A stretch of DNA of 29,590 nt from a virus (taxonomy: Duplodnaviria > Caudoviricetes), in the IMG/VR virus record IMGVR_UViG_3300049780_000012, positions 1 to 29,590 of that record. The stretch is one strand, 5' to 3'. Within the stretch, counting starts at the first letter, position 1, and every line of letters starts with the position of its first letter. Both the position numbers and the translations under genes were made by a program. The notes under the pieces are model-generated. The model was given only the letters and a program-made list of their open reading frames with translations, had not been told where the DNA came from and did no database searches. Below, piece after piece: positions 16,526-24,996 of the stretch.

Positions 16526-18830
16526 CGAACGACGCGGTGACCGCCAGGCCGCGCAGCACCGGGCTGGTCGTGCCGTTCCACAGCAACGCCACGTACACGG
16601 CGCCGCCGGCGTCCTGAGCGGCCGTCGGGGCGGTCAACGTCGCCGACTTCTGGCCGGTGCCAGCCCACGCCGCTGACTGGTCACCGGACTGCGCCAGCAG
16701 CGCCCCACCCGCGGCAGCCTCGTACACCCCGACCAGGTTCTGCCCCGCGGTCAGGCCCGCGCCCGCCCCTCCCAGCAGCAACTCGACCGCGGCCACCGAA
16801 CCGCCGACCGGCAGGTCCACCCGGGCGACGTACAGCACACCGGCGGTCATCGCCGGCATGGAGGCGTTCGCCTGAATCGGGTCGAACGTGCCGCCCAGCA
16901 GCGCGTTGGCCGTCGGCCCCGTCCACGACGACGACAGCGACCGGCCGAACGCCGACCAGCTACCCGGCGTCCCCGCCGTCGTGCACACCCAACCCAGCAC
17001 ACCGCCCGGGGTGGGCGTGCGGTTCCACAGCACCTCGCCCCGCGCCCACGTTCCCGTGGTCGGCGCGGCGGTGCCCGTCGCCTGACCAGGCGCGCCCCGA
17101 ACGAACGTCGATGGGAACCCTGTCGTCGCACCCAGGCCACCCGCGAGGACGTTGCCCGACCACTCCTTGATGCCCTGGGTGCTGTCCATCCGCGCGCCGT
17201 GGTCGGTGGCGCCAGTCAGGTCGTTGTTTCGCACCGTGATCGTCGCCTGCTGGCTGGTGTTCAGGTACAGGCCGTAGCGCATGTTCCCGGCCGCGTCCGA
17301 AACGACGTTGCCCACGATCCGGCAGTCGGCCGTCACCCCGGACATCTGGATGCCGAACTCGGCGGACGGGTTGTTCTCCGACGACGGGTTCAACACCCGG
17401 TTGTACACCAGGTCGACGTCCGTCGTGTCGAGCAGCAGCACACCGTTCTGCTGGCACGAGTGGAAGCGGTTCAGGCCCACGGTCAGGCCCACACAGCTAC
17501 TCGCGATCAGACCATGCCGGGCGTTGTGGACGACGTTCGCGCTGATCACCGCGCCGTGCACACCGATCAGGTTGATGCCGTCCCCACCAGCACCAGAGGT
17601 GGTGACCGTGTTCCCGACGACCGACGCCCGCCGGGTCTGCCTCGACCCGGTCACCGCCTTCGTCAGCAGAATCCCGTGCGAGCCAATGTTCGTCAGCACG
17701 TTCCCGGTGATCGCGACGTCGTCGATGTCCTGCCCGACCGTGCTGTTCGCGATCTGAACCTTGATGCCCTGCAAGCCGGTGTCACGGATCTGGTTGTTCG
17801 CGACGACCAGGTTGTTGACCGCGTCGAGGTAGATGCCGTGCTGACCGGTCATGTCGTGGATCGTGTTCCCGATGATCCGCACATTCGACACGTCACCGGA
17901 GTTGATGCCCTGCGCGTACAGGGAGATGTCGCAGTTCGTCACCGACCAGTCCGACGACCCGTCACCGCCGACGACACCCATGCCGTAGTTGTTGGCCAGC
18001 GGAGTGATCTCGTCCGGGCCCGGCCCCTGCAGCCGGCAGTTCGCGACCCGCACATCCTTCACCCCGGCGCCGATGAACACACCCACCCCGGCGTGACCGC
18101 GCAGGTCACAGCCGTCGATGAGCACGTTGCTGGAGGTGCCGGCGATGTACACGGCAGCCGCCGCCAGCACCGACGACGACGCCACATAGTCGGTGGCCTT
18201 CCCGACCGCCCGAACGTTGCGGATCACCACATCCGAGGCGTTGTTGACGAAGAACGTCGCCGACAGGTCAGCGGTCTGCGTCACCGAACCCCGCGACCCG
18301 TCGATCCGCGCACCCGACGGCACCGTCACCGACCCGGACACGGACAGCGCCCCGTCGATGATGACCGTCGCACCGAACGGGGCGGCGTTGTTCACCGCCG
18401 CCTGCAGCCGCGCCTTGTCGCTCGCGCCGGCCTGCTGACTGACCAGCAGCCCCGCCGCGGTCAGCCGCGCATCACCGGCGTCAACCTTGCGGGCGTTGAG
18501 GTCCGAGATCCGCGGGTCGTAGTCGGCGTTGACCCGCGACACCACCCCGTTCACCCGGATCCACAGCACGGAGGTGCCGTCGGCAGGCCCCCAGTAGTCC
18601 GGCTGCTCACCGAAACCATTGAGAACGACCCGGCGGCCACCCTCGTCATCCAGCGGCAGCAGAGCGCCCTGCACGCCTGCCGCGTCGGCGTACGCCTCAG
18701 CCGGCGTCGTGCACCCCGCGTCAGCGAACAAGGACCCGACCGCGTTGGTGCCAGACGGCCCGACAGCGGGCCGGCCCGACTCCATGACCACCATGCGGGT
18801 GCCGGTATCTGGGAAACGCAGCGACGCCAC
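16407..18830 (-). CDS. Right-handed beta-helix (pectate-lyase-like) spike / putative depolymerase, 807 aa
   Basis: RLQAAVN cap helix followed by many V/I-x-G-N-x-I and HGI-x-L repeats; GTAAPTTGTW.RG...GWVCTTAGTPGSW module; C-terminal beta domain. Confidence 0.85.
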   Translation of the reverse strand: MASLRFPDTGTRMVVMESGRPAVGPSGTNAVGSLFADAGCTTPAEAYADAAGVQGALLPLDDEGGRRVVLNGFGEQPDYWGPADGTSVLWIRVNGVVSRVNADYDPRISDLNARKVDAGDARLTAAGLLVSQQAGASDKARLQAAVNNAAPFGATVIIDGALSVSGSVTVPSGARIDGSRGSVTQTADLSATFFVNNASDVVIRNVRAVGKATDYVASSSVLAAAAVYIAGTSSNVLIDGCDLRGHAGVGVFIGAGVKDVRVANCRLQGPGPDEITPLANNYGMGVVGGDGSSDWSVTNCDISLYAQGINSGDVSNVRIIGNTIHDMTGQHGIYLDAVNNLVVANNQIRDTGLQGIKVQIANSTVGQDIDDVAITGNVLTNIGSHGILLTKAVTGSRQTRRASVVGNTVTTSGAGGDGINLIGVHGAVISANVVHNARHGLIASSCVGLTVGLNRFHSCQQNGVLLLDTTDVDLVYNRVLNPSSENNPSAEFGIQMSGVTADCRIVGNVVSDAAGNMRYGLYLNTSQQATITVRNNDLTGATDHGARMDSTQGIKEWSGNVLAGGLGATTGFPSTFVRGAPGQATGTAAPTTGTWARGEVLWNRTPTPGGVLGWVCTTAGTPGSWSAFGRSLSSSWTGPTANALLGGTFDPIQANASMPAMTAGVLYVARVDLPVGGSVAAVELLLGGAGAGLTAGQNLVGVYEAAAGGALLAQSGDQSAAWAGTGQKSATLTAPTAAQDAGGAVYVALLWNGTTSPVLRGLAVTASFVNVKTTLPRYATAGSALTALPATLPALTAAVATPWVGLS

Positions 18831-18865
18831 ACCGGCCCCCTCTCAAACCCAGTCGAAGGGTTCGG

Positions 18866-19432
18866 CTACTTGAGTCCGAAGAACACGGCCTGCGTCGAGG
18901 CCGTCAACGCCGGCAGCGTCGCCGGCAGCGCGGTCAAACCCGACCCGCCGGACCCGAACCGGAACTGCGACGTCTGGCTGATGTTCACCACCGCCGCCGT
19001 CGCCGACACACCCCGCAGCTGCGGGCTCGTGGTGCCGTTCCACAGCATCGCCACGTACACGTACGAACCCGCCGGCAGCGAGGCAGTCGGAACGGTCAGT
19101 GCGCTGCTCCTGTATCCGGTCGACGTCCACGCCGTCGACAGGTCACCCGTCTGCCCGAGCAGCGCCCCAGCCGCGCTGTACACGCCGAGCCCGCACTGCC
19201 CTGCGGTGAGAGTCGCCCCACCGGCCGCGACCAGGTACTCGATCGACGTGACCGGCCCCGACTGCTCCATGAACGCCTTCGCGGTGAGCAGCACACCGGC
19301 CGTGGTGACACCGGCGGACACGTTCGCCAGCAGCGGATCAAACGTCGCCCCGAGAAGCCCGTTACCGGACGCGCCACCCCAGGTCGGGGTGGAGGCCCCG
19401 CCGAACAGGGTGTAGCCGGTGCGGGTCACCAT
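18866..19432 (-). CDS. Stand-alone paralog of the spike C-terminal domain, 188 aa
   Basis: Shares TFDP, TAGVL, LTAGQ, YVA.LWNGTTSP.LRG and LTALPATLPALTA with the end of 16407..18830. Confidence 0.8.
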   Translation of the reverse strand: MVTRTGYTLFGGASTPTWGGASGNGLLGATFDPLLANVSAGVTTAGVLLTAKAFMEQSGPVTSIEYLVAAGGATLTAGQCGLGVYSAAGALLGQTGDLSTAWTSTGYRSSALTVPTASLPAGSYVYVAMLWNGTTSPQLRGVSATAAVVNISQTSQFRFGSGGSGLTALPATLPALTASTQAVFFGLK

Positions 19433-19710
19433 CCCGTCACCATCACAGTCGGAGTGCCCGGAGACCGCAGCCGCACCTTGGTCCCGGACGCCGTCTCCGC
19501 GGGCACCTCCACCGCAGCGAGGGTGGCCGGGATGACGTGCTGCCCGTCCTGCGACGACGCGACCGCCGGCACCGCCACGTCCCGGGTGTTGAAGAAGATC
19601 GTCGCCGGGTTCGCGTACACGACGACCCGCACCGTGGAGCAGTTCTGGTCCAGCGTGACGACCTTCTCGGTGTCCGCCGTCAGCGTGACGTGCTGGGGGC
19701 TAGCAGCCAT
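19426..19710 (-). CDS. Small beta-strand-rich hypothetical protein, 94 aa
   Basis: AAGGAG SD before ATG at 19710; overlaps both neighbours. Confidence 0.7.
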   Translation of the reverse strand: MAASPQHVTLTADTEKVVTLDQNCSTVRVVVYANPATIFFNTRDVAVPAVASSQDGQHVIPATLAAVEVPAETASGTKVRLRSPGTPTVMVTGW

Positions 19711-20107
19711 AACGGGCTCCTTCCGGCGTGAAGTAGCGGGCGCAGTTGGGGTCACGGCGAGCCCGGATCGTGAAAGCGCCATCCGGCGCCACACCGGCGG
19801 CGGCCAGCACCATCTGGCGTTCCGCGTCGGTCAGCACCGCGCCGCCCACGAACTCCGTGGCGTAGGTGACCGAGTAGTCGTCGAGCGACTCCGACCGCAC
19901 CCCGCCCGGGTTCAGCAGCGCCCGCCGCGCCACCTCAAGGGCAACCGGCAGGAACACCGACAGGTCCGTCAGCGCGTCATACCGGGCGGCCCCGACCTCA
20001 GCGCGGATCAGCGCGGTGGCCAGATCCCGCGCAAGAGCCGCCGACGTGGGGTCCTGCGCCTGCTGCATGTACGCGTCGAGCTGCTCCAGCTCGAACAGGT
20101 CAGCCAC
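19700..20107 (-). CDS. Head-tail adaptor
   Basis: VALEVARRALLNPGGVRSESLDDYSVTY...LTDAE motif. Confidence 0.85.
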   Translation of the reverse strand: MADLFELEQLDAYMQQAQDPTSAALARDLATALIRAEVGAARYDALTDLSVFLPVALEVARRALLNPGGVRSESLDDYSVTYATEFVGGAVLTDAERQMVLAAAGVAPDGAFTIRARRDPNCARYFTPEGARYGC

Positions 20108-20126
20108 CGCTCACCCCCAGGTTGGT

Positions 20127-20158
20127 GGGCCGGGCGGCACCCGCATACCGCCCGGCCC
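20127..20158 (-). terminator. Stem-loop after the capsid genes (partial terminator or stabiliser)
   Basis: GGGCCGGGCGG / CCGCCCGGCCC perfect 11-bp stem, extendable by G-U pairs on the minus strand. Confidence 0.6.
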
Positions 20159-20164
20159 CGCCCA

Positions 20165-20467
20165 TCACCGGCCCGACGACCGTCGGGTGCTCTTCGCCGG
20201 ACGCTGCTCCGCGTCCTGCGCCCCGCCCTGGTCCGCCTCGGTGGCGGTCGGCCGGGTGTCCTCGCCGTCGGTCATCTCCACCGACGACGGCCCCGAGTTC
20301 CCCGGGTCCGAGAAGGTGACGGCCTTGTCGCCGCCGGCACCCTCCCACACGTCCGGGTTGGTGATCGCCTTCTCCGCCCAGCCCGGCACCTCGTCGCCCT
20401 GACCGAAGACGTGCATGGTCCCGTTCTCGTCCGGCACGTGCACCGTGGTGGTCAGCTTCTTCGCCAT
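20165..20467 (-). CDS. Small protein following the major capsid gene
   Basis: VHV...FG.GDEVP.WA...ITNPDVW motif plus disordered tail; GGGAGTGA SD. Confidence 0.8.
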   Translation of the reverse strand: MAKKLTTTVHVPDENGTMHVFGQGDEVPGWAEKAITNPDVWEGAGGDKAVTFSDPGNSGPSSVEMTDGEDTRPTATEADQGGAQDAEQRPAKSTRRSSGR

Positions 20468-20483
20468 CTCGTCACTCCCCAGA

Positions 20484-21497
20484 TCAGGCCACGTCGGCGG
20501 CGAGGGTCAGGTCCGGGTTGGCGAGCACGGGCAGGCCGATCGTGGCCGCCTTCGTCCACACCGCCACCGGGTCCTTCGTGCTGTACGCGCCGGCCACGAT
20601 CCCCGGCTCGTCACCGGTCAGACCGAACTCCGGCTCCAGCGACTCCGCGGTCGTGCCGTGCAGCGTCGCCCCCAGCTGGGACGACCCCGGCTCCGGCAGC
20701 ATGATCAGCCGGTCGGCCGGGATCACCCGGGACGCCGAACCGTTCACCCGCACCTGCGCGTCGTAGATGTACACCGGCGGCAGCCCGTACGCGGCGAACA
20801 CCGCGTTCACCGTCGACTGCGACACGATCGTCGGCGTGCCCGCCGTGGTCGCGGCGAGGGCCCGGATCTCCGCGTTGCGCAGCAGGTAGCCCAGCACCGT
20901 GGTCGAGGTGAGGATCGCGCCCGGCGCCTCACCGTTGGTGTTGATGTACGTGTCCCGCCAGGTCAGCAGGTCCGCCAGCGGCGTCGCCGTCGCCACCACC
21001 GACCACAGCGTGCCCGGGGCCACCGTGTGGCCACCCGCCCGCCCGAAGTCGACCGTGGCCACCACACCGTTCTCCGAGATGGTCAGCTGACCCCGGTACA
21101 GGGCCTCACCGCGGGCCATCTCCAGACGAGCCGCCACCGCCCGGGTCATCCGCTCCGCGTCCGACAGGATCACGTCGCGGATCGCCCCGTTGTCGCGGCG
21201 CTGACGCAGCCGGTCGTACTCGCCGAGGCGGATCTTCCGCGAGATCGGCGGGAGCTCACCGGTGACCCGGGTCGCGCCCGGCCGGGAACCGATCGGGCTC
21301 TCGGCGTCGTAGGCGCGGAACGTCGCCGCGTCGATCAGACCCTCACCGCCGCGGGTGAACCGGTACTGCAGGTCGTCCACGACCTGCACCGGCAGCCACC
21401 GGGACAGGGTGAACTGGTTGCGGTCCTGGTCGGCCAGGGCCGCCCGCGCGTAGCCGGTCAGCTCGGCGGGGGTGACGTAGTCCTGGTTCAGCAGCAT
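20484..21497 (-). CDS. Major capsid protein (lambda gpE-like family)
   Basis: 337 aa; FRAYDAESPIG, ELPPISRKIRLGEYD and ARLEMARGEAL motifs; follows the decoration protein. Confidence 0.92.
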   Translation of the reverse strand: MLLNQDYVTPAELTGYARAALADQDRNQFTLSRWLPVQVVDDLQYRFTRGGEGLIDAATFRAYDAESPIGSRPGATRVTGELPPISRKIRLGEYDRLRQRRDNGAIRDVILSDAERMTRAVAARLEMARGEALYRGQLTISENGVVATVDFGRAGGHTVAPGTLWSVVATATPLADLLTWRDTYINTNGEAPGAILTSTTVLGYLLRNAEIRALAATTAGTPTIVSQSTVNAVFAAYGLPPVYIYDAQVRVNGSASRVIPADRLIMLPEPGSSQLGATLHGTTAESLEPEFGLTGDEPGIVAGAYSTKDPVAVWTKAATIGLPVLANPDLTLAADVA

Positions 21498-21511
21498 TTA
21501 CCTCACCCCTC

Positions 21512-21919
21512 TCAGACGAACTGGATTCGGCCGGCGACGTCGGTCTTGCCGGCGGCGTCGATGGCAACGGGCAGCTTGGACTCCACGATCCGGCCGTGGT
21601 CGAGCAGCGCGCCCTGCACGTCGACCGTGGTGGCCGACGGGGCGTCCACCGCGCACAGCAGGAACCCCACGAGGGTCTGCCGGCCGTCGGTCGCGGCGTC
21701 GTTGTACGGGCCGTACAGGCCCACCACGCCACCCTGACCGGTGCCGGTGATCACACCGAGGGGCAGGCCGGACGGGAAGTACCCGTTCGGGTAGTGCGTG
21801 CCCGCGGTGAACATCGACACGTCGAGGGTGATCGAGCGCGCCGAACTGGTGCCGTGCTCGGAACCCAGCCAGGACTGGTCGTCCTGCTGGAACGTCTCAG
21901 TCACAGGGCTGAGATTCAT
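21512..21919 (-). CDS. Head decoration protein
   Basis: DQSWLGSEHG...ITLD...HYPNGYFPSG...YGPY...GFL...HG motif; between scaffold and MCP. Confidence 0.85.
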   Translation of the reverse strand: MNLSPVTETFQQDDQSWLGSEHGTSSARSITLDVSMFTAGTHYPNGYFPSGLPLGVITGTGQGGVVGLYGPYNDAATDGRQTLVGFLLCAVDAPSATTVDVQGALLDHGRIVESKLPVAIDAAGKTDVAGRIQFV

Positions 21920-21931
21920 CGCAGCAACTCC

Positions 21932-22459
21932 TTAAGTTGCGGTCGTCTTCGCGTGTTTCTGCTGGTAGAGGGCCGCACCGGCAGCCACCGACCCGCCCTT
22001 GCCGGCCTCCGCCCGGGAACCCTGCGACGGGTCCGGCTTCGGGGCCTTCCGCTCCGGCACGGCCGGGGCGGCGGGGAAGGTGGCGAGGATGTCGTCGGCG
22101 TCCGACTCCAACTCCTCACGGGTCGCCCCCACAAGGCGCTTCGCCTGCCCCGGGGTCAGCCCCTTCTCGGCAGCCACCTCAAGGCGCAGCGCCCGCTGCT
22201 CGGCGGCGGTGGCCCGCTTCTCGAACTCGGACAGCCGCTCGGCGGTCTTCTCCGCCTCCGACTTGTCCCGGTCCTCGAACTGCTTCAGGCGGGCCAGGGC
22301 CTCGTTCACCTGCTTCTGCAGGGCCCGTGCCTTCTGGCGTTCCTCCTGCAGCGCCTTCTTCCCGGCGTCACCGAGATCCGAGGGCTGCGTGGCCTGCTCG
22401 TCGGGCTCCGTCGCGGAACCCTCGGTGGCCGGGGTGTTGCTGGTGGTGTCCTCAGCCAT
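21932..22459 (-). CDS. Capsid scaffolding protein
   Basis: LGDAGKKALQEER, FEDRDKSE, LRLEVAAEKG and PKPDPSQG; AAGGAG SD before ATG at 22459. Confidence 0.9.
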   Translation of the reverse strand: MAEDTTSNTPATEGSATEPDEQATQPSDLGDAGKKALQEERQKARALQKQVNEALARLKQFEDRDKSEAEKTAERLSEFEKRATAAEQRALRLEVAAEKGLTPGQAKRLVGATREELESDADDILATFPAAPAVPERKAPKPDPSQGSRAEAGKGGSVAAGAALYQQKHAKTTAT

Positions 22460-22506
22460 CGCGGCTGCTCCTTGCATTCGCCCCGCCCTCGCGGCGGGGG
22501 ACGTCA

Positions 22507-23571
22507 TCAGGTGAGGTAGCCGAAGCGCCTGAGTAGGCGCCGGGCCTCATCACGGTCATTGCCGGCGATCTGGAGGATCGACTCGGGCATCAGCCGCGGC
22601 ACCTTCGCCGAGCGGTACCGAGCACCGTCCTGCTTCTCACCGGTCTGCTTCGCGCCGAGCCGAACCCCGGCCACACCGCGGGTCGTCACACCCTCGCTGG
22701 TGATGAACAACTGCCGGCCGTACACGTCGACCGCCTCCAGCCGGCCACGGGACCGGCCACCGCGCAGCATCCGAGCCTCATCACCGGTCACCCGAGCGCC
22801 CGCCGTCAGCAGGCCACGGGCGCCACGGCGGGCGTTGACCACCTGGCCGATGTCCGCGCCCAGCCGGATAGCCTCCGCACCCGCCTTCGTGAACATGCGG
22901 TCCTGCTCGGACTCGGACAGGCTGGCGAAGTACCTCTTCGGGTCAGTCATCACCTCGTCGGCGGTGTCCTCACGCGCCGGCACGTGCACGCAATCGCAGC
23001 GCGGATGACGATCGAATCCCGCATTCCAGCGGTAGAACCGGCCCGCCAGGATCGCGCATCGCGAACAGCCACCACCGACCAGCATCCGCCGGTAGCCCGG
23101 CACATCCCGAGCGACCGTCGCCACCTGATCCGCGACCCGACCCGCGTCCGCCACCTGCGTCCGCACGATCATGTCCAGCGACGCCCGACCACCCGCCAGC
23201 GCCTGGTCAACGGTCGCGCCCCGCTGGATACCCACCAGCGTGTTGATCGCTGGCTGGTACAGCAGGTCGGCCAGGTCCCGGCCGTCCGAGGCGACACCAG
23301 ACAGCGCCGACGGCACCACACGCCCCCCGGCCGCCGGGTCGATGCCCTGCGCGTCCAACACCTCGTCGAGGTAGCCGTCCGCCTGACCCGCCGCCGCCTG
23401 CTGCGCACCGATCAACACCAGCAGCAGCCGCGGCACCAAACGAAGCCACGACGCCCCGACCCGGTCCGGGTCCACCTGACCCCACAACCGGCCAGCCTCG
23501 CCGCCCACCGCCGCACCCAGCCGGCGCCGCAGAGCGGCATGGTCGCGGGCGACCTCAGCCAGCGACGGCAT
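22507..23571 (-). CDS. Minor capsid / MuF-like head morphogenesis protein
   Basis: TQVADAGR, CSRCAILAG...FDRHPRCDC and RLMPE motifs; between portal and scaffold. Confidence 0.8.
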   Translation of the reverse strand: MPSLAEVARDHAALRRRLGAAVGGEAGRLWGQVDPDRVGASWLRLVPRLLLVLIGAQQAAAGQADGYLDEVLDAQGIDPAAGGRVVPSALSGVASDGRDLADLLYQPAINTLVGIQRGATVDQALAGGRASLDMIVRTQVADAGRVADQVATVARDVPGYRRMLVGGGCSRCAILAGRFYRWNAGFDRHPRCDCVHVPAREDTADEVMTDPKRYFASLSESEQDRMFTKAGAEAIRLGADIGQVVNARRGARGLLTAGARVTGDEARMLRGGRSRGRLEAVDVYGRQLFITSEGVTTRGVAGVRLGAKQTGEKQDGARYRSAKVPRLMPESILQIAGNDRDEARRLLRRFGYLT

Positions 23572-24982
23572 CGCCAGCCGCCACCGGCACACCAGCCGGC
23601 TGCTGGGCAGGCAGGTTCCGGGCAATCTCCAACACCGGGTCAGCAGCCCGCTCAGCGTCACGCAGAGCCTTCAACTTCGTCCGCCGCGCAGCCGAGTACC
23701 CCATGTCCTCCCACGCCGCCTCAACCGGCAGAATCCCCGCGCCGACCAGCTTCACCGCCGCGTCAGCCTGCTGCGCCCGCGTCGGAGTCGCCGGATCCCG
23801 CCACAGCGTCTCCAACTGCGCCAGCTTCGGATCCCACTTGCCGTCGAGAATCCGGCGGACGATCCGCATCGACAGCTCCCACGACCCGCCCGTGCCACGG
23901 TGGAACCGCTCACACGTCTTGATCAGCCGGGACTCATCCGCGCGGATACCCTCCGCCGACGGCGGGTTCGTCGTCGACTGGCCGAGGAAACGCATCGGCA
24001 GACCCGTCACACCACTCACCAGCGCCGCGTAGTGGTTGACGATGTTCGAGAAGTTGCTCAGGTCCGCCGCGGAGAACGACCCGACCTTCGCCTCCTTGTT
24101 CGCCAGCGCCCAGATCGCACCGAAGTACGACTCCCACGCCGTGAGCTGCTTGCCGTCGGAGTCGACGAAGTCGCCCTTGCTGGCCCCGAGCACGTACCGC
24201 TGCGGGATCGCCATGATCTCCGTCGCCAGCTGCGCGTTCGTCAACGCCCGCGCCGCCGCGTCCGTCAAACCGATGACCCGCTGGAACTGCGAACGGCCCT
24301 CCCGCCGGGACAAACGCTGCCGATTCACAATCGGCACCACCGGCACAACCCCCAGGTCGTGCTCATCCCGGTCGACCTCATCCCACCGGGCGTTCTTGCG
24401 CTCCACCCACACCGTCACGTTCGGCAGGTACAGCGTCGCCTTCCGAACAGACGACCCGTCGCCGGCCCGATCCGTGTACACCTTCGCCGCGGCACTCACC
24501 CGGCGGGTCCGCGGGTCCAGCTCGACGTTCACCTCGTTCGCCGACTCCACCGTCACCAGCGGAACCGCCGGATCCCGATCCGCGTCGCCATCCTCATCCG
24601 ACGGCGCGTCAGGGGTGTCGTCACCGGAGCCGACCACGATGAACGAGCGGCCCAACACCAGAGCGTCCAGGTGGGCGAGCTGCGACTCCTCATCCAGGCC
24701 GTTGGCCTGCCAGATCCGCCACAGCTCGTCGTCGGCCTCCGTCATCCCCGGCAGGCGGAAACCCTCCAGATCGATGCGCTCCTCAACCGCGTCCGCGTAC
24801 GTCCCCGGCCACGCCACGATCGTCAGGAACCGCTCCAGCTCCGGCGGAACCGCCAGCCCGAGCTGCTCCAGCCGCTGCTCACCGTCGTAGTACGCATCGA
24901 GGACCCGGTTGCGGCGCTGCGTGCGCAGCAGCTGCAACTCCAGTCGGTTGAGGGTGTTCTTCTCATCCTCGGAGAGCGCCAC
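23555..24982 (-). CDS. Portal protein (SPP1 gp6-like)
   Basis: YYDGEQ, WQANGLD, HDLGVVPVVP and NPPSAEGIRADESRL...WRDPATPT motifs. Confidence 0.93.
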   Translation of the reverse strand: MALSEDEKNTLNRLELQLLRTQRRNRVLDAYYDGEQRLEQLGLAVPPELERFLTIVAWPGTYADAVEERIDLEGFRLPGMTEADDELWRIWQANGLDEESQLAHLDALVLGRSFIVVGSGDDTPDAPSDEDGDADRDPAVPLVTVESANEVNVELDPRTRRVSAAAKVYTDRAGDGSSVRKATLYLPNVTVWVERKNARWDEVDRDEHDLGVVPVVPIVNRQRLSRREGRSQFQRVIGLTDAAARALTNAQLATEIMAIPQRYVLGASKGDFVDSDGKQLTAWESYFGAIWALANKEAKVGSFSAADLSNFSNIVNHYAALVSGVTGLPMRFLGQSTTNPPSAEGIRADESRLIKTCERFHRGTGGSWELSMRIVRRILDGKWDPKLAQLETLWRDPATPTRAQQADAAVKLVGAGILPVEAAWEDMGYSAARRTKLKALRDAERAADPVLEIARNLPAQQPAGVPVAAGDAVAG

Positions 24983-24996
24983 GCGACCTCCCCCAG

